The notes below the pieces were generated by a model. That model was not told where the DNA came from. It ran no database searches and saw only the letters and a list, made by a program, of their open reading frames with translations. Position numbers and translations under genes: made by a program. DNA of 59,851 nt, counting the filler, from Sluysia triapertura (lineage: Eukaryota): the NCBI GenBank assembly GCA_046118255.1. It is 4 parts of 4 records of this genome, joined end to end, with 100 filler letters (N's around TTAATTAATTAA, not from the genome) between each part and the next. Parts side by side here need not be neighbours in the genome. Positions count along the whole stretch, not along the records: positions 22,640 to 33,670 come from JBJNIA010189875.1; positions 33,771 to 46,266 come from JBJNIA010103765.1; 2 more parts are not named here. One strand, given 5' to 3'. Of this stretch, positions 25,940-38,403 are shown one piece after another (position 1 is the stretch's first letter; every line of letters begins with the position of its first letter).

Positions 25940-28900
25940 ATGCTTAAAGCTGAAATAAATTATTTAATTTTACTGTTTGAAAAAAATCCAGAACATAACT
26001 TGTCCATTCCAAAAAAATATCTGTGTCATGCCTGTAACAAATTAATGATCATTTCATATCGATATAATAAGAACAATTTCTGTTGGCGGTGCGCACCGTA
26101 AGTATTTTTGATTTTCATTTTTTTAGTAAAAAACTTTAAAATATTAATTTAACTTAATTTTAAGAGAAAATTTTATTTTTATTATGTTGGAATATTAACT
26201 CATTTATTTATTCTTGTAATATTGTTATAATCTTCATTTTCGACATCTTCATCTATTCTGGATTTAGTTTCTTCGGATTTCATTTTCTTTAATAATCGTT
26301 GGCTCAAGTTTTCATGTTTGACAATGAAGCTATCCTTTAACTCGTACTAGCTTGCTTAAGATTGGTTTTATCACATGTATTTGTAGATCATGGTCGGAAT
26401 TTTGTAACAGTTTTGGGTGACTTTCTTAGCTATTTTTATAATCTTTGTGGTTCGTATGAATCTACACTGAAAATGCATTTTTATAGAATTTTATTCAAAC
26501 GAATTCGAAATAGTTTTAATATTTTTGTGCTATATTAATATCAAGATACAAGACATTCAAACTTTGCCTTATTTAAGAATTCCTATCTGGAAACTTTTCA
26601 CTGCGAAACATTTGTGACATCAAATGATGTGTTTACAAAACCAGATGTCGTTCTCCACAGAAGAGTTACTTAAATTACGTGACAAATTTTTTCTTTTAGA
26701 TAGCAAAACAAGAATTATTCGATCTATTTCACACCAATGTTTTGTCAATTTTTAAAAATTGTGTACGAAAGATGCAGCAGTTTCAAATGGTGCAGGATTT
26801 TATAAACTAATATTACTCATTTATTATTGAAAATGTTTAAGATATTGTGTCAAAAGCAGCAGACATCCAACAAAATAATCACAACACATTTATTCTTAAG
26901 ATAGCTGTGTTTGTGTTGAGTGATAAGCTGGTACACTGGTACGTTGAGATTTTGACAATTGTTGTAAAATAATAACCAAAATAAGCTTTGTGAAAATTGA
27001 ATTATTTTTGATAAGTTCGGTTGGTATTGGATCAATAGAACTCGTATTTGACATTTCCGACAATCTTTATTAAATCGTTTTCATTAATTATCTTAAATTC
27101 AAATTCATTTATGTTTTTATTTTGTAGTTCTAATTTAATATTTAATTTATTAATGCTATTTTGTATATTTTCTACTTAAGTTACAAAAACTTTTTAATAT
27201 TTTATCATTTCCATTTTTTGCCAAATAATTTACTTAGTAATTTATAGATATTTTTAATATTTGATTTATTAATTCTAAATAATAATATTAATGAATAAGA
27301 ATAATAATTTTCCAGGTTTTGTAGTATCATGCAATGTGTTGTATTCTGATCATATATAAAGCTGAATTATACAAAAACATTAAATAAAATAGACAGTTAA
27401 TATAATCAGTTTTAGCCTAAGTGAAGCCAGAAAACGACCACCATCAACAGATAATTGAAAAGAATTTTTACTTGATTCGATATCGGTACAACTGATCAAT
27501 AAAATAACAAAATAAAATTTTCTTAGTAAAGAAATAATTTGAAATAAATTTGTGATTTAAATTAATTAAGAAAAATTTATTTACACCATTAATTCAGTAG
27601 AAAATAACATTTATATTTATGAGAAGGATATGGCACATTTACATGCAACATAGTACAGTAAGTTTACTTATTGATCAGTTATATTAAACTATATTATAGT
27701 TATAACGAGTAATGAATTATACTAATAATCGTCACAATATCATTAGTTAATTTAACACTAGAAGGGCCAGAATTGACGCAAATGCTTGCAATTGGCTGAT
27801 ACTTTCATAAGTGTGTTGGAAGTAAGGTTATGATACCATGGTAATTTTGTTGAGGTAAAAAGGCCTAAGGTGCCATTTGGTAAAATTGACTATAATAAAA
27901 TAAAATCGTTAGACGGGGCTGATACCTCAGTGGTACATCATCGAACTGTGTAGCTAGGGGTCCCGGGTTCAATCCCCGGTCAGTACTTTTTACGATTTTC
28001 CCATGTAAACTCGGTGATGTCATTACTCAAATATGTCATTTGCGTCAATTGACGCATTTGGTCTTTCTAGTGTTAATATATTACCCTTAAAATCTATTCT
28101 ATACTTTCGAAAAGCAATCTTAAGTTTACTTCACATTGTTTTTGTTTAATTAGTTTATTTTATTATTATTTCTTGAACTGTAGAAACAGCTACTTTAAAT
28201 TACAATAACATAATGGAAAATCTTTGTATTACATGAGTGTAATAAAACTGCTTCTATAAAAGTTAAATTAAAATCACATAGTACAGTCAATTACTATGGC
28301 AAACTCATAAAAAAACTAGTAGAATTTGTTTTGATTTTTTATACTTTGATTTAAGTTATTCTACGTTATTTTAATTTAATGTAAATTTCGAAAAGTTCTT
28401 TTAATTTGATTTTGTTTTTGATATATTTTGTGCTTCGAATAATACTTTTATATTACGATTTTCATTTCTCGAAAAATTTGATTTTAAATTTACGATTTAA
28501 TTTTGAATGTTTTTTGTTTGTATATTTTTGTATATGTATTGGAGGTTAATTAAAGTTTATCTTTATGCAAGTTTTCGAACTTATTTCTTGTCTATGTTTA
28601 TTCTTTTTTGATTCCTACTTTTTATAGTTAAATTATGACCTTGAACGTGTTTAAAACAAAAATAAGTAATTATTATTTAATTTATATTTTATAATATTAA
28701 AATTTATTATTCCAATACTCATCAGTTATAATTTTATTATCTTTACAATTAATAAAACATTGAATATAAATAAAACTTTTTTAATAAAACTTGTTAAAAA
28801 TCAATAAAAAATTAACTTACCAAAAATCAGAGAATTTAATAACTTTAACATCGGGTTGAAAATCGATAAATTTATAATTAACAGTATTATTCGTTCGTCT

Positions 28901-30286
28901 ACTTAAACTTTTAGCATTTTGCGCGTATAAGCGGCATTTGCCTTAAATTCATTCCCATGGCTAAAGATATAAATAGATTGATTTGAGCAAATAAACATAA
29001 CTAATTTATGATTATTTTATTACTCATACTACTTATTATTGCCTAAAAAATTTAAAATTCTTTAAAAAGAACATTTTATAATATATGTTTAATTTAAGTT
29101 TATAAAAGCCCTATTTATTAAAATTCCAATGAATTTTTTTAATTAAAACTATATTATTTGTTAAAATAGTACTTCAAACTCATTTTTGTGAAAACTGATA
29201 TTCTATTTCGAGTTATCCTTTATTATTCATTGAAATGTCAATATTTATTTGGCGAATTTTGTTAGATCTAAATTAATTAAAATTAATATCACAAATTTAG
29301 ATAATTCGAAAATATAATAAGAAATTAATATGAATTCAAAGAAAATATGACTAATAAATTAATATTTTGAATAAATTTTTATAAAGAAACAAATTTTAAT
29401 GATTTTATCTTATTTCAGATGTAATGATCCTGTGGAATGCGATGGTTTGTTTTAATTTACTATAATCTACTCAATTTTAGCAAATTTATTTTTAACCTGT
29501 ATTTTTCGGGATCTTTGTGCTCAACCTAAATTTTGTTAAAATTTTATGTGTTTTGAAATTACTTTTAATATTTTGCTGAGATTTTAAGTAATATGGAGTT
29601 TAAGTAATAATTATTTTGTTAAGAACACAGAAGTTTAGAATTTTGTGAGAATAAATTCCTTTAATTTAATTTATTTAAAAATTTTCCAATTTATTTTTTA
29701 TTGAATGTCAAACTTAGACTTATTGATATTATCTTTATTCAGCAAACGCTCATATTAACCTTGAAATACAAGATTTGTTAATACCGTGTTTCAATGATGG
29801 TTGTAAAGAAGAATGTTATTTAAAAAATATGGTTAGCGTTATAAAAAATCTTACAGTTATTTTAATATTAACAAAATATTTAAATTTTTATTTGAAAATT
29901 ATTGTTTTGTATAATTTGAGATTGAACATGAAAAAGTTTGTCCTCATTTAAAAATAATTTGTGATGAACCAGTGTGCAGTGGTATGTATAAACGAAAAGA
30001 TAAAGAAAGACATGAGCTTTTTGATTGTATAAATCGTAATGAAACGGTTCCTATATGTGAATCTGGTGGCATCTCTAATGCCTTAGAAGAAACTTGGGAA
30101 GTCAAATTTGATGATCTTGACTTAGATAAAAATTTATCTATGAAATTTCGAAGTGGATTAATAATATCTCTTCGAATTGAATATGAAGATATAAAATATC
30201 TATCGATGATGTTAAACTATGAAGCTAGATATGAAAGAAATGCACGAATTATTTTGCGGAGTCCAAATAGGATTCCATGTAGTTAG
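25940..30286 (+). CDS. TRAF-like RING/zf-TRAF protein; exons 25940-26097, 29419-29444, 29743-29831, 29921-30286
   Basis: Phase-consistent splicing (2,1,0) gives ..KYLCHACNKLM..FCWRCAPCNDPVECDANAHINLEIQDLLIPCFNDGCKEECYLKNMIEHEKVCPHLKIICDEPVCSGMYKRKDKERHELFDCINR.., the TRAF RING-linker-zinc finger pattern. No MATH domain seen. The last acceptor is GAG. Confidence 0.8.
26840..27050 (-). mobile_element. Non-LTR (L2/CR1-type) reverse transcriptase fragment
   Basis: SIDPIPTELIK, AYHSTQT and IILLD/SAAFDTI match LDPIPTxLLK, AYRxxHSTET and VLLDLSAAFDTV of L2-clade RTs, with large internal deletions. Confidence 0.75.
27756..28072. mobile_element. piggyBac-type MITE (317 bp) with TTAA target duplication
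   Basis: TTAA|CACTAGAAGGGCCAG..AATTGACGCAAATG on the left. The reverse complement of the right end is TTAA|CACTAGAAAGACCAAATGCGTCAATTGACGCAAATG. Confidence 0.85.
27916..27986 (+). tRNA. tRNA-like pseudogene/Pol III cassette (nominal anticodon GTG)
   Basis: A-box TACCTCAGTGG, perfect T-arm CCGGG-TTCAATC-CCCGG, acceptor stem GGGCTGA/TCAGTAC, and a TTTTT terminator at 27987-27991. D and anticodon stems do not pair. Confidence 0.65.
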
Positions 30287-30830
30287 TTTTCGTAATGGAA
30301 TTTAAATTTATTTATTTTTAGAATAATTTAAATTTTGTAATATTTGTATATTTCAACGTTTTTCACTGTTTAATATTACCACATATTCGAATATTTGATA
30401 TTTTTTTTAATTGGTATGTATACTTTAACAATGCATTCTACTAACATTTTACTTCGAATATTTATTTCAATATAAAAAATAGTTATTTACCAAAAATAAC
30501 TACTCAAATAACGCTTACATTAAAACACAGAATAAGATTAAGTCTAAAAATAGATTAACTAAAATCTTAATTAAGAAAAAGTACGTTTTTGTGAATAACT
30601 TTTGAATGCGTCATGCTATGTTGAATTTGAAACTGTGTGTGTTTGTGTTTTGAAAAGACCTTTCGATGAATGTATGGGTTTAACCTTAAGGAAAGACTTA
30701 ATATTGAGCAAAGTCAAATTAAATTTATTATTATTATTATGTCATTAAACCATAAAAATTAACTACTTTCATTTAAATGTATTATTAAATTAATGATTTA
30801 TAATTTGTTATACATTATTAATTATTATTT

Positions 30831-30968
30831 TTATTCGTTTCCAGATTCTATTGAAATACACTTAACAAATCCGCGTAATGAACAATATAATAAATTAATT
30901 TCATTACTGGAATTACATAATGTGATTTGGGATGGATATTTTGCGTTATTGGTGAAAATTGGATAAGG

Positions 30969-31036
<68 letters not shown>

Positions 31037-31644
31037 CAAATGAACTAAAATATTCCATAAAATCTTCTGCTAAAGGATTACGTTGAATTGAATTATGTTA
31101 AGCTAAAGAAGAAGTTCGTTATAATACTGATTTTCAAATGAGTCGTTTAATATATGAAGAGATTTTGAGTACTTAACACAGAAGTTCTAAAGCCGATATA
31201 GTTTAATGATAGTATGTAATGATACTGAATAGTAATGTATGAAATGTGGTGTGGTATAAATGATCTTTTGTAATACAGACGCTATAATTGAATGGATTGG
31301 GACCAAAGTGCTTTAATGAGTAAAACTGTGTGTTAAATAGTTTAGTAAGGTTTCCAACACAGAATTTGTAAATGAATATTCGATGTAAGGGTGTGTATTT
31401 GATGAATTAAATTGTAAAATTAAGGCGTTTGTGGTATATTTTGAGTGATAAAATCCTTCGTTATGAAGTGAGCCACCACATTAACCATTTTGAAGAGGCG
31501 TAGTGCATCTATGTTATATTGGAATAGTGAATCATCATCATACAGTAAATTTGTGTTTTTGTAGTAGTTAGTAGTAGTAGTAGTAGCAGTAGTAATAGTA
31601 GTTGTAGTAGTAGTAGTAGTCACGTTTTTTATTGATCCATTCAT
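30831..31644 (-). pseudogene. Disrupted ORF with poly-Thr N-terminal tract, unknown function
   Basis: ORF 31420-31644 continues after a frameshift through a long frame with several in-frame stops, and is interrupted by an (ATT)n tract. Confidence 0.35.
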
Positions 31645-31957
31645 TTCACATTATTAAGCAATATTGATGAGACTCGATCTATAGTTACAATAAGTGTCGC
31701 CTACTTTTTCGTGTGTTTGTATTAAATATTTGATGGACATTTATCTAAATAATGGTTTCCTCAAAATACACCAAACAAAACTGGCAATTTTATTCCAATT
31801 TATATAAATTTTGATTTTTTAAAATATCAATTATATATTGATTATATGATTTTAAAATTAAATACATTATTATATTAAGGGAACAATGGAACAATTAATG
31901 TTTTGTTGGTGTTATCAAACAATTTACTTTGTACACACTTTATTATTATTATTATTA

Positions 31958-32822
31958 TGAGGTCGTCAGGGATGAAATTTGTAGATAAAAAGCAACGTTG
32001 GTTGATAATTTGCAAATATAAATATTTGTTTTCATTGATATTATCCAGACTTTTTCCATTTAAGACAGGTTATTCGATCGTGGCGGGCGAGAGTCAATGA
32101 ATCCATGACGTAACTAAATTGTTTTCTTATTAAAGGTTATCAATATTGCAGAAGATGTGGTAGTCAGTGGTGAGTGTAGAAGATGAAGTTCATGTAGTTT
32201 CGTCGCAATCATTTGTGCACTGTGTGGTATAGCGTTATCTTGAATAAGATAGGAGTCAATTTGTTTTTATATCATTTTGTCCAGGTAATGGTAAAAAGTA
32301 TCTGTGATCACACTTGCACCAGACTAGTAAGAATCTGTCACCATTTTTTGATGGATATTGCTCATTGGAATGTGTTCTGGTATATTGTGCTGAACGATTG
32401 CCATTGTCGTTAGATACATATCTCATAAGAAGTGACAATTCGATTCAAAAATGGATCAGATTTGTGACGAGAAAGCTTTTGTTTCTTTTTTTCATTTTGT
32501 TCTAACTTTTTACTTTTCAGATTTGAGCTAAATGAATTTTTATTGTTTGTTTGCTATCACCAAACTCCAACGATGATTCACAGACACTCGGAGATAGTTG
32601 GACTAAACAGTGATCTGTTTGATTCTGGGCGAGTTAGTGCCGTAATTCCATATAAAAACTAATACTTCATAATAGTACAAATTTTTTTAGAGCATCTGAT
32701 GACTTTTTTAAACAATTGAGATATGTAATATTCCAATAAATAAAAATATGGTAAAATATTAAGCCAACGTCAAATAAAATAAGTGCTATTTTTAACTACT
32801 AATTTCATCTTTACGAACCTAT
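31958..32822 (-). mobile_element. Mariner (DD34D-type) transposon, deleted, both TIRs present
   Basis: Minus-strand remnants LSRHKSDPFLNRIVTSYE, DNGNRSAQ, QDNAIPHSAQMIATKLHEL and TDYHIFCNIDN. Imperfect ~40-bp TIRs: TGAGGTCGTCAGGGATGAAATTTGTAGATAAAAAGCA versus ATAGGTTCGTAAAGATGAAATTAGTAGTTAAAAATAGCA. Confidence 0.85.
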
Positions 32823-33216
32823 TATTATTATCAAAAATTTCATTTATTATATGCAAGTTAAAATATCAATTAAAATATAATATAATTTAGTTTTAATTTT
32901 AATTAAATTTATAAATAAAATTTATAATTTATTGCTATTACCAAGATAAAGTTAAGAAGTTTAGTAAAATAATTGTAAAGCATCTTCACAACAAAACTTA
33001 TTTAAATAAATTCCCTAAAAAGCAGTTAACCGTAACCCGTATAAACACATAAACAAGCACAAAATATGTGTGGACCGAATAATCTGTTATGGGAATCAGA
33101 TGTGCTTAAATAAAACTAAAATAAATTGTTCGTTAGTTAGTTTCAAGTCCTTGGGAAAAACGTGTTATTACAATATAGATGGTTTTTGATGTAATAATAA
33201 AATGAATTATTTTAAA

Positions 33217-33274
33217 GCAGAGTTCACCTACGATTATAGATTCACGCACTTAAGGGTTTGTTCGTAGGATTTAG
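33217..33274 (+). ncRNA. Hairpin repeat, tandem upstream copy
   Basis: GCAGAGTTCACCTACGATTATAGATTCACGCACTTAAGGGTTTGTTCGTAGGATTTAG, with stem CCTACGA/TCGTAGG. Confidence 0.6.
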
Positions 33275-33380
33275 AAATGTACAATATTTGAAATGTGATC
33301 TGACAAAATGAATTGTAGAATCGGTGTTTTTGCTGTTGTAAGAAAATGTCACGTAAAGTGTGCAGAATAAAAAATAAAAG

Positions 33381-33437
33381 GTGAGTTCACCAACGTATTG
33401 GGCTTACTGAAAAAACGGCCAACCGTTGGATTTATCG
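33381..33437 (+). ncRNA. Hairpin short-intron-like repeat, 57-nt copy
   Basis: GTGAGTTCACCAACGTATTGGGCTTACTGAAAAAACGGCCAACCGTTGGATTTATCG, with stems CCAACG/CGTTGG and TTGG/CCAA. Preceded by AGAATAAA. Confidence 0.65.
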
Positions 33438-33537
33438 TATGAATAATAATGTGAAGCTATCAAAATATCATGGAGGATTTTCTTTGATTTGATATTATTA
33501 TTAATTATTTTTATTTTAATCATATGATATTTTAATT

Positions 33538-33636
33538 CGGTTCTTACTCGGAACCGGTAATGATTTTGATAAGGTTCTTAAATAGAACCTATGAATTTAT
33601 GCAAAATAGTTTGATGAGGTTCTTACGCAGAACCTG
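33538..33636 (+). repeat. Three tandem GGTTC-N7-GAACC stem-loops
   Basis: CGGTTCTTACTCGGAACCG, AGGTTCTTAAATAGAACCT and AGGTTCTTACGCAGAACCT with different spacers. Confidence 0.8.
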
Positions 33637-33802
33637 TTCTTTAATAATTTAGATTTTAGACAAAATAGAANNNNNNNNNNNNNNNNNNNNNNNNNNNNNN
33701 NNNNNNNNNNNNNNTTAATTAATTAANNNNNNNNNNNNNNNNNNNNNNNNNNNNNNNNNNNNNNNNNNNNAATTTTTATTTAATTTCTATTTTCTACAAA
33801 TT

Positions 33803-33837
<35 letters not shown>

Positions 33838-34399
33838 GTACGTTTATCCTCACACAGTAAATGCTTCGGTTTGGCTTTGGAAAATAGAAAAATTGCATCG
33901 AGTATTGCTGATTGTGTTATGTTTCACTCATAAAATGCGTAAAACTTTTTAATAATAATCATGAACATAATTTTCAGATTTTCCTTCAGCACTACAAACT
34001 GCCAATGATGTTCAAAGAAAAAAATCAAGTAATATAATTAATTCATACTACAAATCAAAATCATTGTTAAATTATATTAGATTCTGCAATTGAAAAATTT
34101 AGATCCCCAAGATTATTTGAATGTTATTTTCAACATTACTATGATATTAATACAAGTAGTTGTACAAAAAATTATTATTATTATCACTATCATCATTATT
34201 ATTATTACTATATATACACATACAAAACACAAAGAAATTGAAATAACCTTTGTTAAAGCTTAATTCTTTGTGACTGAAATTAAAATAATAAAAATATTAA
34301 AATAATATTTTGATATAAAAATATTAAAATTAACATCATAACCAATTATACAAAAATATAGTTTAAATTATTCTGATTAGTCATTTCGTAATGTATTTT

Positions 34400-35090
34400 G
34401 TTTATATTTTCAAATATGACCTAGATATTTATTATTACAATGTTTCGATTAGTGTTTATATAAAATTTTATTCAGGTATACATATACATTTAAACGGATA
34501 ACAATTTCGTACTGATTAGTACATATTTTTAAAAATATAATGTGATTATTCTTTCCAAATGTTCTTTAAATTCTAAATTTTGTGTGATGTGACTATTGAT
34601 TATTTGTAATCAAAACAAAGTATTTGGTTATTTATGCGAAAATGAATAAGAAATATTTAATGATTTAATGATTTTCAAGGATGCATTACATCGAGGGGAA
34701 AGTATTGTTTTATATAGGCATATATTTCATGTGATGATTAATAATGTTTCATTACATTATAGTTAAATTTGAAATAAATTCAATAAATATTGATCATAAG
34801 TTGTTATAAATAACAAAATTTTGTGGATAGATTAAATAGAATTTTAAAATTATTACAGTTTAGATCATTATTTGAATCAAAAATTGGAAACATTTATTTT
34901 TGTGGTCATTAATTTGTGAGAATTAATAAATTGAACAGTTTATTATAGGATTTAATATTTCCGATGATTTATTGGTAGAATCAATAATTTGGATAACTTT
35001 TCATCTTGGTCGCAACTAATAATTTAGAGAATTTATTGTCAAATGGTGTGCGATATTGTAAAATTTTAATGCATATAATTAATCTATGTA
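34400..35090 (+). pseudogene. Unknown ORF family B, degraded copy
   Basis: ILCDVTIDYL and ITFHLG resemble FLSDVTIHDM and LYFHLS of ORF 58014-58841. Confidence 0.35.
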
Positions 35091-35950
35091 ATTAATGTAA
35101 ATTGTTTTAATTCATTTTGAAATAGTTATAAAAAATTATTATATTATTAAATTTATATCATTATTGTGTTATTAAATTTGTTATTATTATTTAAATTATT
35201 TTCATTATTTATATAATCATAATTTGTTATAATTTATAAAAGTTAAATGACCTACATTTAGATAAACTAGAAGTTGAAAACATTTATTAAAACATAATTT
35301 AAATGATTTTAAAAATTTTATTTTAATTTTTCTGAAATTATTAATTTGGCTAAAGATTTTATTTTAATTTTTCTGATTTTATTTTATTGATTTGGAAGAA
35401 ATTTTCGAAGAAATAACTTTGTATTGAATTTATAAACGAAATTCTAGAATTAGTAAGTTTATAACGTTAATTAATATAAGAAAATTTTAAAATATTTTTA
35501 TAAAATAAAATCAAAATCTAGTAAACTATAAGGAAAAAGTATTATTATTATTATTATTAAAAATAATAATAATAAATTGATTATTAAGTATTATAACTAT
35601 CTTTTCATAATAACACAGTCTATTCGACTTTATATTTATTGAGTTAATCGTGTATTTATATTTGTTGAATTAATTATAGAATTAAAGTTATTTAATTGAA
35701 TTTTCTGTCTACCTTTTATCTAAATTGTTATCTTTTGTATATTTGTAAGAAAAATAAGAAGGTAACGCAAGCTATATTTTTCTAATATTCAGCATTTCAA
35801 AGTAATTCAATATTTTAACTCGAGCTCAATTTGAGATTTATTTAGATCAAACACAAACTACAAAAAACAAGTAAAGGTACTATAATTAGCAAAATTAAAA
35901 TCAATCAATCAATATCTTTTAATCTCCAGTATTTCCATTTTCTTTTAACA

Positions 35951-36006
35951 TTGACATCTATGTATCGGCCATTCAGTGCGTAAGTGCGGTGTCACAGAGA
36001 ACTCAC
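35951..36006 (-). ncRNA. Hairpin short-intron-like repeat, copy 4
   Basis: Minus strand reads GTGAGTTCTCTGTGACACCGCACTTACGCACTGAATGGCCGATACATAGATGTCAA, followed by the shared ACTGGAG flank. Confidence 0.55.
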
Positions 36007-37454
36007 GAATAAAAAAAAGCACATCAATAAAAGTTTTTTATTAATACTAAATTCTCACAATACTCAAAAATATTTAAAATCACATTTTAATGGATAATAT
36101 TTTAGTGAACAACTAAGAATGATTTCCATTTGTATCACGGTAAATACTAAATTTCCTCACATTTAATTCGACATAGTTTCTTCATTATTTTCCAGCGATA
36201 CATATTTTAGAGTAAATAAAGTAATAACTATAAGTAATAATTTCAGTTATAAAGTCTAAAATTATAAATTCATAAATATTTCGTATACATCAATACAGAA
36301 TGGTCCTATAAACTTATAACTCTTTAATAGCTTTTAAATTCAAAACTCAGGAAAATAAAATTAAGATTGCAAGTAATTAAGATTCTAAGACATAATTTAA
36401 ATGATGCTTGTTCAGTGAAATACTTGTCGAATGTTTTAATCCCTTCATGATCTAGATGGCTTCGACGAATAATTAATATTTTTAAATAGAGCTTGTTGCA
36501 TAGTTTAATGGTGATGTTGAGTACTTATCGAGTAAACCTCAAAACTCAAGGTTTTAATAAATTAATTGTATTTGTGGCACAACACGATGTTTAAGCGAAA
36601 ACAAATTTTATACATGTTATAAAAAAAATTTTGTATATGTTCTTGCGGTGTTTATTTGTTTATTTGTTTGTTTACATAGAAATATTTTACATAGAAATTC
36701 TATTTCCACCTTCAGTGGCTTCAATAACGATTTTATTTAATCCTAACTTACTTATAATCTTATTAGATAAAATTTTTACCAAATTTAGAGTCTGCATAAG
36801 GCCTGGCAAAACGGGTATTTCAAAATTTAACAAGACAAATAAATCAAAACCAATAGAATAAAAACTAAGATTAATTTTATAAAAAAACAATTTGAAATAA
36901 GAATATGTTTTTTAAATGATAGTTCATGTTGAATGATTTGACATAACTTTATATTGAGATCTGGCTGATAATAATTGCTTTAAAACCATTTAAAGTATGA
37001 AAAGCAACATCTAACAATAGTTAACAAATAATAAATTGTTGATTAAGCTCATTATAGAATACCAATTCTAAAAACATCAGGCGAAACATTGTTTAACAAT
37101 TGATTAAAATTAATACCAATTCTGTATTAATAAAGTGGGACTCTATCATCTATAAAAGATTTAGAATATATCGTAGTTAGCGCACGTATCAAATTGTAGT
37201 TTTTAACTGAGCACCGAAGAATTATTTTGTTAAAAGTTTCAGATCTATTGAATAATTCAAAAGATTGTATTGAAGATCTTTCAACGTCAGTTTAAGACTT
37301 AATTTACTTCAATTCGAGCTCCACTTCTCGAGGAAAATTTTGTAAAAGCATTCGCTAGTGTACTTAATTGATAATCACATAATTTGTATACTAATTTTTA
37401 CATACTAATATATGATTATGTTGATTAAAATTTATTAATAATTTATTAATTTTG

Positions 37455-37620
37455 AAAAAATTTTCTAACTATCACGCTCCAAGAGCAATTGGACACTTAA
37501 TTGAGCTATTTCTCGAGTATTTAATTCCAGAGCTGTAACGCATGCTGAAACAATATTAACTCCCTTTTTATTTGTTTTATGGTCGAGAAATAACACATCC
37601 AGTGATATTAAGAACTAACA
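37455..37620 (+). mobile_element. Gypsy integrase core C-terminal fragment
   Basis: HAETILTP/FYLFYGREITHPV matches HxxTGxTPFYLxYGRExxxP. Confidence 0.6.
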
Positions 37621-38403
37621 AAATTATTTACGATAACATAATGATGCCAATAAATATTTTAATATATGTTAGAGAATTGTGAGTGTTTTATATATAAACC
37701 AAACTAAATCTTTAAAATACTTGATTGAAAATTACTTTGACTGAGAATCACACATCTTTTACCAAATCATACGTAAATTATTATTTTACTGTTATTAATG
37801 GTTAGTCATAATAATGAAGAAATTGCACTCCCAAATAATATACACGCATAAGTAAATTAAATATCAACTTTATTTTAAACTGACAGTAACAGGTGAGGTT
37901 ATTATAATCAATCGCTAAACTCAGAAAGAGATTACTAAAATTTTCGATGAAGAAAACATTATGAAAGATTGTAACCAATTGTTTCAAGATGTACACAAAA
38001 ATTTTGAAATAGATTTATCTAATTTTTCGGTAACATTAATTTGAAGTAAACCAATAAATACCATTTTACATATTTGCATTATTTTTATACAAATAACACT
38101 AATAAACTTTGTCATTTTATTTCATTATTAAGATAATTTTCCACTGCGCAAATTGCAGATAAACTTATTGACCTAAAGCGACTGAACAATTTTATTTAAC
38201 TTAATTAATAAATGTAATTTTATATTGTAATTGTATAAATTTTGAAGAAAGTTTTCCAATTGATGTAAATATTTTACCCAAGAAATGTGTACAATTAAAT
38301 TCATCTAATCAATATATTTCGTGTCTTAAGTTTCTACAGTTAAATATAATTTTAAAAACTCAGTTCTTAGAATAAGGTATAATTATGAATAACTTACGTT
38401 CAC

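Larger units (their letters stand above)
27380..28960 (-). pseudogene. Antisense exons nested in the TRAF-like intron (28821-28960, 27380-27491)
   Basis: Clean TTTAG/GTAAGT and CAG boundaries with matching phase 2 (..DFQPDVKVIKFSDF-C-CTDIESSKNSFQLSVDGGRFLASLR..). One frameshift in the first exon. Confidence 0.35.

Noticed and set aside
26850-27035. 61-aa minus-strand ORF as a family A member (IILLDVCCF)
   Set aside because: Better explained as a frameshifted LINE RT motif LLDLSAAFDT.
27916-27986. Functional tRNA-His(GTG)
   Set aside because: Anticodon and D stems do not pair, and the second copy has a different triplet at the anticodon position.
30831-31420. In-frame TAA/TAG codons suggesting a ciliate-type genetic code
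   Set aside because: Intact ORFs (23136, 39314, TRAF exons) use CAA/CAG for Gln with no internal TAA/TAG, and other remnants also contain TGA stops and frameshifts. Ordinary pseudogene decay explains it.
32213-32505. Cys/His-rich plus-strand ORFs
   Set aside because: They are the antisense reading of the mariner transposase remnant.
33538-33636. CRISPR-like repeat-spacer array
   Set aside because: Only three short degenerate repeats with variable loops, irregular spacers, no cas genes, and a eukaryotic context.
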